Source of the DNA: the human T2T-CHM13v2.0 reference genome, Homo sapiens
DNA length: 64,000 nucleotides
Reading direction: 5' to 3' (one strand)
Assembly (NCBI RefSeq): GCF_009914755.1
Contig: NC_060931.1
Part shown: positions 51,167 to 61,000 of the stretch, piece after piece
How positions within the stretch are numbered: the stretch's first letter is position 1
Layout of the letters: every line of letters starts with the position of its first letter
Made by a program: the position numbers and the translations under genes
Notes under the pieces: model-generated
The model's database searches: none
Seen by the model: the letters and a program-made list of their open reading frames with translations, nothing else
What the model was told of the DNA's origin: nothing

Positions 51167-54100
51167 TTTCTTCCTTTCATGCTAGACTAAGAAGAGTTCT
51201 CAGTAACTTTTTTGTGTTGTGTGTATTCAACTCACAGAGTTGAACCTTGCTTTAGAGAGAGCAGATTTGAAACACTCTTGCTGTGGCATTTTCAGGTGGA
51301 GATTTCAAGCGATTTGAGGACAATTGCAGAAAAGGAAATATCTTCGTATAATAACCAGACAGAATCATTCTCAGAAAGTGCTTTGTGATGTGTGCGTTCA
51401 ACTCACAGAGTTTAACCTTTCTTTTCATAGAGGAGTTTGGAAACACACTGTTTGTAAAGTCTGCAAGTGGATACATGGACCTGTTTGAGGCCTTCGTTGG
51501 AAACGGGATTTCTTCATTGAATGCTAGACGGAAGAATTCTCAGTAAATTCTTTGTGTTGTGTGCATTCAACTCACAGAGTGGAACGTCCCTTTAGACAGA
51601 GCAGATTTGAAACACTCTTTTTGCGGAATTTGCAAGTGGAGATTTCTAGCCATTTGATGCCAACAGTAGAAAGGGAAATATCTTCAAATAAAAACCAGAC
51701 AGAATCATTCTCAGAAAATTCTTTGTGATGTGTGCGTTCAACTCACATAGTTTAACCTTTCTTTTCATAGAGCAGTTTGGAAACACTCTGTTTGTAAAGT
51801 CTGCAAGTGGATATATGGACCGCATTGAGGCCTTCGTTGGAAACGGGATATCTTCATTTCATGCTAGACAGAAGAATTCTCAGTAACTTCTTTGTGCCGT
51901 GTGTATTCAACTCACAGAGTGGAACGTCCCTTTGCACAGAGCAGATTTGAAACACTCTTTTTGTGGAGTTTGCAAGTGGAGATTTCAAGCGATTTGATGC
52001 CAACAGTAGAAAAGGAAATATCTTCAAATAAAAACTAGACAGAATCATTCTCAGAAACTACTTTGTGATGTGTGCCTTCAACTCACAGAGTTCAACCTTT
52101 CTTTTCTTAGAGCAGTTTAGAAACACTCTGCTTGTTATGTCTGCAAGTGGATATTTGGACCTCTTTGAGGCCTTCGTTGCAAACGGGGTTTCTTCCTTTC
52201 ATGCTAGACTAAGAAGAGTTCTCAGTAACTTTTTTGTGTTGTGTGTATTCAACTCACAGAGTTGAACCTTGCTTTAGAGAGAGCAGATTTGAAACACTCT
52301 TGCTGTGGCATTTTCAGGTGGAGATTTCAAGCGATTTGAGGACAATTGCAGAAAAGGAAATATCTTCGTATAATAACCAGACAGAATCATTCTCAGAAAG
52401 TGCTTTGTGATGTGTGCGTTCAACTCACAGAGTTTAACCTTTCTTTTCATAGAGGAGTTTGGAAACACACTGTTTGTAAAGTCTGCAAGTGGATACATGG
52501 ACCTGTTTGAGGCCTTCGTTGGAAACGGGATTTCTTCATTGAATGCTAGACGGAAGAATTCTCAGTAAATTCTTTGTGTTGTGTGCATTCAACTCACAGA
52601 GTGGAACGTCCCTTTAGACACAGCAGATTTGAAACACTCTTTTTGCGGAATTTGCAAGTGGAGATTTCTAGCCATTTGATGCCAACAGTAGAAAGGGAAA
52701 TATCTTCAAATAAAAACTAGACAGAATCATTCTCAGCAAATTCTTTGTGATGTGTGCGTTCAACTCACATAGTTTAACCTTTCTTTTCATAGAGCAGTTT
52801 GGAAACACTCTGTTTGTAAAGTCTGCAAGTGGATATATGGACCGCATTGAGGCCTTCGTTGGAAACGGGATTTCTTCATTTCATGCTAGACAGAAGAATT
52901 CTCAGTAACTTCTTTGTGCTGTGTGTATTCAACTCACAGAGTGGAACGTCCCTTTGCACAGAGCAGATTTGAAACACTCTTTTTGTGGAGTTTGCAAGTG
53001 GAGATTTCAAGCGATTTGATGCCAACAGTAGAAAAGGAAATATCTTCAAATAAAAACTAGACAGAATCATTCTCAGAAACTACTTTGTGATGTGTGCCTT
53101 CAACTCACAGAGTTCAACCTTTCTTTTCTTAGAGCAGTTTAGAAACACTCTGCTTGTTATGCCTGCAAGTGGATATTTGGACCTCTTTGAGGCCTTCGTT
53201 GCAAACGGGGTTTCTTCCTTTCATGCTAGACTAAGAAGAGTTCTCAGTAACTTTTTTGTGTTGTGTGTATTCAACTCACAGAGTTGAACCTTGCTTTAGA
53301 GAGAGCAGATTTGAAACACTCTTGCTGTGGCATTTTCAGGTGGAGATTTCAAGCGATTTGAGGACAATTGCAGAAAAGGAAATATCTTCGTATAATAACC
53401 AGACAGAATCATTCTCAGAAAGTGCTTTGTGATGTGTGCGTTCAACTCACAGAGTTTAACCTTTCTTTTCATAGAGGAGTTTGGAAACACACTGTTTGTA
53501 AAGTCTGCAAGTGGATACATGGACCTGTTTGAGGCCTTCGTTGGAAACGGGATTTCTTCATTGAATGCTAGACGGAAGAATTCTCAGTAAATTCTTTGTG
53601 TTGTGTGCATTCAACTCACAGAGTGGAACGTCCCTTTAGACAGAGCAGATTTGAAACACTCTTTTTGCGGAATTTGCAAGTGGAGATTTCTAGCCATTTG
53701 ATGCCAACAGTAGAAAGGGAAATATCTTCAAATAAAAACCAGACAGAATCATTCTCAGAAAATTCTTTGTGATGTGTGCGTTCAACTCACATAGTTTAAC
53801 CTTTCTTTTCATAGAGCAGTTTGGAAACACTCTGTTTGTAAAGTCTGCAAGTGGATATATGGACCGCATTGAGGCCTTCGTTGGAAACGGGATTTCTTCA
53901 TTTCATGCTAGACAGAAGAATTCTCAGTAACTTCTTTGTGCTGTGTGTATTCAACTCACAGAGTGGAACGTCCCTTTGCACAGAGCAGATTTGAAACACT
54001 CTTTTTGTGGAGTTTGCAAGTGGAGATTTCAAGCGATTTGATGCCAACAGTAGAAAAGGAAATATCTTCAAATAAAAACTAGACAGAATCATTCTCAGAA

Positions 54101-57100
54101 ACTACTTTGTGATGTGTGCCTTCAACTCACAGAGTTTAACCTTTCTTTTCTTAGAGCAGTTTAGAAACACTCTGCTTGTTATGTCTGCAAGTGGATATTT
54201 GGACCTCTTTGAGGCCTTCGTTGCAAACGGGTTTTCTTCCTTTCATGCTAGACTAAGAAGAGTTCTCAGTAACTTTTTTGTGTTGTGTGTATTCAACTCA
54301 CAGAGTTGAACCTTGCTTTAGAGAGAGCAGATTTGAAACACTCTTGCTGTGGCATTTTCAGGTGGAGATTTCAAGCGATTTGAGGACAATTGCAGAAAAG
54401 GAAATATCTTCGTATAATAACCAGACAGAATCATTCTCAGAAAGTGCTTTGTGATGTGTGCGTTCAACTCACAGAGTTTAACCTTTCTTTTCATAGAGGA
54501 GTTTGGAAACACACTGTTTGTAAAGTCTGCAAGTGGATACATGGACCTGTTTGAGGCCTTCGTTGGAAACGGGATTTCTTCATTGAATGCTAGACGGAAG
54601 AATTCTCAGTAAATTCTTTGTGTTGTGTGCATTCAACTCACAGAGTGGAACGTCCCTTTAGACAGAGCAGATTTGAAACACTCTTTTTGCGGAATTTGCA
54701 AGTGGAGATTTCTAGCCATTTGATGCCAACAGTAGAAAGGGAAATATCTTCAAATAAAAACCAGACAGAATCATTCTCAGAAAATTCTTTGTGATGTGTG
54801 CGTTCAACTCACATAGTTTAACCTTTCTTTTCATAGAGCAGTTTGGAAACACTCTGTTTGTAAAGTCTGCAAGTGGATATATGGACCGCATTGAGGCCTT
54901 CGTTGGAAACGGGATTTCTTCATTTCATGCTAGACAGAAGAATTCTCAGTAACTTCTTTGTGCCGTGTGTATTCAACTCACAGAGTGGAACGTCCCTTTG
55001 CACAGAGCAGATTTGAAACACTCTTTTTGTGGAGTTTGCAAGTGGAGATTTCAAGCGATTTGATGCCAACAGTAGAAAAGGAAATATCTTCAAATAAAAA
55101 CTAGACAGAATCATTCTCAGAAACTACTTTGTGATGTGTGCCTTCAACTCACAGAGTTCAACCTTTCTTTTCTTAGAGCAGTTTAGAAACACTCTGCTTG
55201 TTATGTCTGCAAGTGGATATTTGGACCTCTTTGAGGCCTTCGTTGCAAACGGGGTTTCTTCCTTTCATGCTAGACTAAGAAGAGTTCTCAGTAACTTTCT
55301 TGTGTTGTGTGTATTCAACTCACAGAGTTGAACCTTGCTTTAGAGAGAGCAGATTTGAAACACTCTTGCTGTGGCATTTTCAGGTGGAGATTTCAAGCGA
55401 TTTGAGGACAATTGCAGAAAAGGAAATATCTTCGTATAATAACCAGACAGAATCATTCTCAGAAAGTGCTTTGTGATGTGTGCGTTCAACTCACAGAGTT
55501 TAACCTTTCTTTTCATAGAGGAGTTTGGAAACACACTGTTTGTAAAGTCTGCAAGTGGATACATGGACCTGTTTGAGGCCTTCGTTGGAAACGGGATTTC
55601 TTCATTGAATGCTAGACGGAAGAATTCTCAGTAAATTCTTTGTGTTGTGTGCATTCAACTCACAGAGTGGAACGTCCCTTTAGACACAGCAGATTTGAAA
55701 CACTCTTTTTGCGGAATTTGCAAGTGGAGATTTCTAGCCATTTGATGCCAACAGTAGAAAGGGAAATATCTTCAAATAAAAACTAGACAGAATCATTCTC
55801 AGCAAATTCTTTGTGATGTGTGCGTTCAACTCACATAGTTTAACCTTTCTTTTCATAGAGCAGTTTGGAAACACTCTGTTTGTAAAGTCTGCAAGTGGAT
55901 ATATGGACCGCATTGAGGCCTTCGTTGGAAACGGGATTTCTTCATTTCATGCTAGACAGAAGAATTCTCAGTAACTTCTTTGTGCTGTGTGTATTCAACT
56001 CACAGAGTGGAACGTCCCTTTGCACAGAGCAGATTTGAAACACTCTTTTTCTGGAGTTTGCAAGTGGAGATTTCAAGCGATTTGATGCCAACAGTAGAAA
56101 AGGAAATATCTTCAAATAAAAACTAGACAGAATCATTCTCAGAAACTACTTTGTGATGTGTGCCTTCAACTCACAGAGTTCAACCTTTCTTTTCTTAGAG
56201 CAGTTTAGAAACACTCTGCTTGTTATGTCTGCAAGTGGATATTTGGACCTCTTTGAGGCCTTCGTTGCAAACGGGGTTTCTTCCTTTCATGCTAGACTAA
56301 GAAGAGTTCTCAGTAACTTTTTTGTGTTGTGTGTATTCAACTCACAGAGTTGAACCTTGCTTTAGAGAGAGCAGATTTGAAACACTCTTGCTGTGGCATT
56401 TTCAGGTGGAGATTTCAAGCGATTTGAGGACAATTGCAGAAAAGGAAATATCTTCGTATAATAACCAGACAGAATCATTCTCAGAAAGTGCTTTGTGATG
56501 TGTGCGTTCAACTCACAGAGTTTAACCTTTCTTTTCATAGAGGAGTTTGGAAACACACTGTTTGTAAAGTCTGCAAGTGGATACATGGACCTGTTTGAGG
56601 CCTTCGTTGGAAACGGGATTTCTTCATTGAATGCTAGACGGAAGAATTCTCAGTAAATTCTTTGTGTTGTGTGCATTCAACTCACAGAGTGGAACGTCCC
56701 TTTAGACAGAGCAGATTTGAAACACTCTTTTTGCGGAATTTGCAAGTGGAGATTTCTAGCCATTTGATGCCAACAGTAGAAAGGGAAATATCTTCAAATA
56801 AAAACCAGACAGAATCATTCTCAGAAAATTCTTTGTGATGTGTGCGTTCAACTCACATAGTTTAACCTTTCTTTTCATAGAGCAGTTTGGAAACACTCTG
56901 TTTGTAAAGTCTGCAAGTGGATATATGGACCGCATTGAGGCCTTCGTTGGAAACGGGATTTCTTCATTTCATGCTAGACAGAAGAATTCTCAGTAACTTC
57001 TTTGTGCTGTGTGTATTCAACTCACAGAGTGGAACGTCCCTTTGCACAGAGCAGATTTGAAACACTCTTTTTGTGGAGTTTGCAAGTGGAGATTTCAAGC

Positions 57101-58029
57101 GATTTGATGCCAACAGTAGAAAAGGAAATATCTTCAAATAAAAACTAGACAGAATCATTCTCAGAAACTACTTTGTGATGTGTGCCTTCAACTCACAGAG
57201 TTTAACCTTTCTTTTCTTAGAGCAGTTTAGAAACACTCTGCTTGTTATGTCTGCAAGTGGATATTTGGACCTCTTTGAGGCCTTCGTTGCAAACGGGTTT
57301 TCTTCCTTTCATGCTAGACTAAGAAGAGTTCTCAGTAACTTTTTTGTGTTGTGTGTATTCAACTCACAGAGTTGAACCTTGCTTTAGAGAGAGCAGATTT
57401 GAAACACTCTTGCTGTGGCATTTTCAGGTGGAGATTTCAAGCGATTTGAGGACAATTGCAGAAAAGGAAATATCTTCGTATAATAACCAGACAGAATCAT
57501 TCTCAGAAAGTGCTTTGTGATGTGTGCGTTCAACTCACAGAGTTTAACCTTTCTTTTCATAGAGGAGTTTGGAAACACACTGTTTGTAAAGTCTGCAAGT
57601 GGATACATGGACCTGTTTGAGGCCTTCGTTGGAAACGGGATTTCTTCATTGAATGCTAGACGGAAGAATTCTCAGTAAATTCTTTGTGTTGTGTGCATTC
57701 AACTCACAGAGTGGAACGTCCCTTTAGACAGAGCAGATTTGAAACACTCTTTTTGCGGAATTTGCAAGTGGAGATTTCTAGCCATTTGATGCCAACAGTA
57801 GAAAGGGAAATATCTTCAAATAAAAACCAGACAGAATCATTCTCAGAAAATTCTTTGTGATGTGTGCGTTCAACTCACATAGTTTAACCTTTCTTTTCAT
57901 AGAGCAGTTTGGAAACACTCTGTTTGTAAAGTCTGCAAGTGGATATATGGACCGCATTGAGGCCTTCGTTGGAAACGGGATTTCTTCATTTCATGCTAGA
58001 CAGAAGAATTCTCAGTAACTTCTTTGTGC
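51167..58029 (+). repeat. Tandem duplication with a 3066-bp unit (three HORs)
   Basis: Variants at +3066: 51898/54964, 52621/55687, 52718/55784, 52737/55803, 54232/57298. Confidence 0.8.
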
Positions 58030-61000
58030 TGTGTGTATTCAACTCACAGAGTGGAACGTCCCTTTGCACAGAGCAGATTTGAAACACTCTTTTTGTGGAG
58101 TTTGCAAGTGGAGATTTCAAGCGATTTGATGCCAACAGTAGAAAAGGAAATATCTTCAAATAAAAACTAGACAGAATCATTCTCAGAAACTACTTTGTGA
58201 TGTGTGCCTTCAACTCACAGAGTTTAACCTTTCTTTTCTTAGAGCAGTTTAGAAACACTCTGCTTGTTATGTCTGCAAGTGGATATTTGGACCTCTTTGA
58301 GGCCTTCGTTGCAAACGGGTTTTCTTCCTTTCATGCTAGACTAAGAAGAGTTCTCAGTAACTTTTTTGTGTTGTGGGTATTCAACTCACAGAGTTGAACC
58401 TTGCTTTAGAGAGAGCAGATTTGAAACACTGTTGCTGTTGCATTTTCAGCTGGAGATTTCAAGCGATTTGAGGACAATTGCAGAAAAGGAAATATCTTCG
58501 TATAATAACCAGACAGAATCATTCTCAGAAAGTGCTTTGTGATGTGTGCGTTCAACTCACAGAGTTTAACCTTTCTTTTCATAGAGGAGTTTGGAAACAC
58601 ACTGTTTGTAAAGACTGCAAGTGGATACATGGACCTGTTTGAGGCCTTCGTTGGAAACGGGATTTCTTCATTGAATGCTAGACGGAAGAATTCTCAGTAA
58701 ATTCTTTGTGTTGTGTGCATTCAACTCACAGAGTGGAACGTCCCTTTAGACAGAGCAGATTTGAAACACTCTTTTTGCGGAATTTGCAAGTGGAGATTTC
58801 TAGCCATTTGATGCCAACAGTAGAAAGGGAAATATCTTCAAATAAAAACCAGACAGAATCATTCTCAGAAAATTCTTTGTGATGTGTGCGTTCAACTCAC
58901 ATAGTTTAACCTTTCTTTTCATAGAGCAGTTTGGAAACACTCTGTTTGTAAAGTCTGCAAGTGGATATATGGACCGCATTGAGGCCTTCGTTGGAAACGG
59001 GATTTCTTCATTTCATGCTAGACAGAAGAATTCTCAGTAACTTCTTTGTGCTGTGTGTATTCAACTCACAGAGTGGAACGTCCCTTTGCACAGAGCAGAT
59101 TTGAAACACTCTTTTTGTGGAGTTTGCAAGTGGAGATTTCAAGCGATTTGATGCCAACAGTAGAAAAGGAAATATCTTCAAATAAAAACTAGACAGAATC
59201 ATTCTCAGAAACTACTTTGTGATGTGTGCCTTCAACTCACAGAGTTTAACCTTTCTTTTCTTAGAGCAGTTTAGAAACACTCTGCTTGTTATGTCTGCAA
59301 GTGGATATTTGGACCTCTTTGAGGCCTTCGTTGCAAACGGGGTTTCTTCCTTTCATGCTAGACTAAGAAGAGTTCTCAGTAACTTTTTTGTGTTGTGTGT
59401 ATTCAACTCACAGAGTTGAACCTTGCTTTAGAGAGAGCAGATTTGAAACACTCTTGCTGTGGCATTTTCAGGTGGAGATTTCAAGCGATTTGAGGACAAT
59501 TGCAGAAAAGGAAATATCTTCGTATAATAACCAGACAGAATCATTCTCAGAAAGTGCTTTGTGATGTGTGCGTTCAACTCACAGAGTTTAACCTTTCTTT
59601 TCATAGAGGAGTTTGGAAACACACTGTTTGTAAAGTCTGCAAGTGGATATATGGACCTGTTTGAGGCCTTCGTTGGAAACGGGATTTCTTCATTGAATGC
59701 TAGACGGAAGAATTCTCAGTAAATTCTTTGTGTTGTGTGCATTCAACTCACAGAGTGGAACGTCCCTTTAGACAGAGCAGATTTGAAACACTCTTTTTGC
59801 GGAATTTGCAAGTGGAGATTTCTAGCCATTTGATGCCAACAGTAGAAAGGGAAATATCTTCAAATAAAAACCAGACAGAATCATTCTCAGAAAATTCTTT
59901 GTGATGTGTGCGTTCAACTCACATAGTTTAACCTTTCTTTTCATAGAGCAGTTTGGAAACACACTGTTTGTAAAGTCTGCAAGTGGATATATGGACCGCA
60001 TTGAGGCCTTCGTTGGAAACGGGATTTCTTCATTTCATGCTAGACAGAAGAATTCTCAGTAACTTCTTTGTGCTGTGTGTATTCAACTCACAGAGTGGAA
60101 CGTCCCTTTGCACAGAGCAGATTTGAAACACTCTTTTTGTGGAGTTTGCAAGTGGAGATTTCAAGCGATTTGATGCCAACAGTAGAAAAGGAAATATCTT
60201 CAAATAGAAACTAGACAGAATCATTCTCAGAAACTACTTTGTGATGTGTGCCTTCAACTCACAGAGTTTAACCTTTCTTTTCTTAGAGCAGTTTAGAAAC
60301 ACTCTGCTTGTTACGTCTGCAAGTGGATATTTGGACCTCTTTGAGGCCTTCGTTGCAAACGGGGTTTCTTCCTTTCATGCTAGACTAAGAAGAGTTCTCA
60401 GTAACTTTTTTGTGTTGTGTGTATTCAACTCACAGAGTTGAACCTTGCTTTAGAGAGAGCAGATTTGAAACACTCTTGCTGTGGCATTTTCAGGTGGAGA
60501 TTTCAAGCGATTTGAGGACAATTGCAGAAAAGGAAATATCTTCGTATAATAACCAGACAGAATCATTCTCAGAAAGTGCTTTGTGATGTGTGCGTTCAAC
60601 TCACAGAGTTTAACCTTTCTTTTCATAGAGGAGTTTGGAAACACACTGTTTGTAAAGTCTGCAAGTGGATATATGGACCTGTTTGAGGCCTTCGTTGGAA
60701 ACGGGATTTCTTCATTGAATGCTAGACGGAAGAATTCTCAGTAAATTCTTTGTGTTGTGTGCATTCAACTCACAGAGTGGAACGTCCCTTTAGACAGAGC
60801 AGATTTGAAACACTCTTTTTGCGGAATTTGCAAGTGGAGATTTCTAGCCATTTGATGCCAACAGTAGAAAGGGAAATATCTTCAAATAAAAACCAGACAG
60901 AATCATTCTCAGAAAATTCTTTGTGATGTGTGCGTTCAACTCACATAGTTTAACCTTTCTTTTCATAGAGCAGTTTGGAAACACTCTGTTTGTAAAGTCT

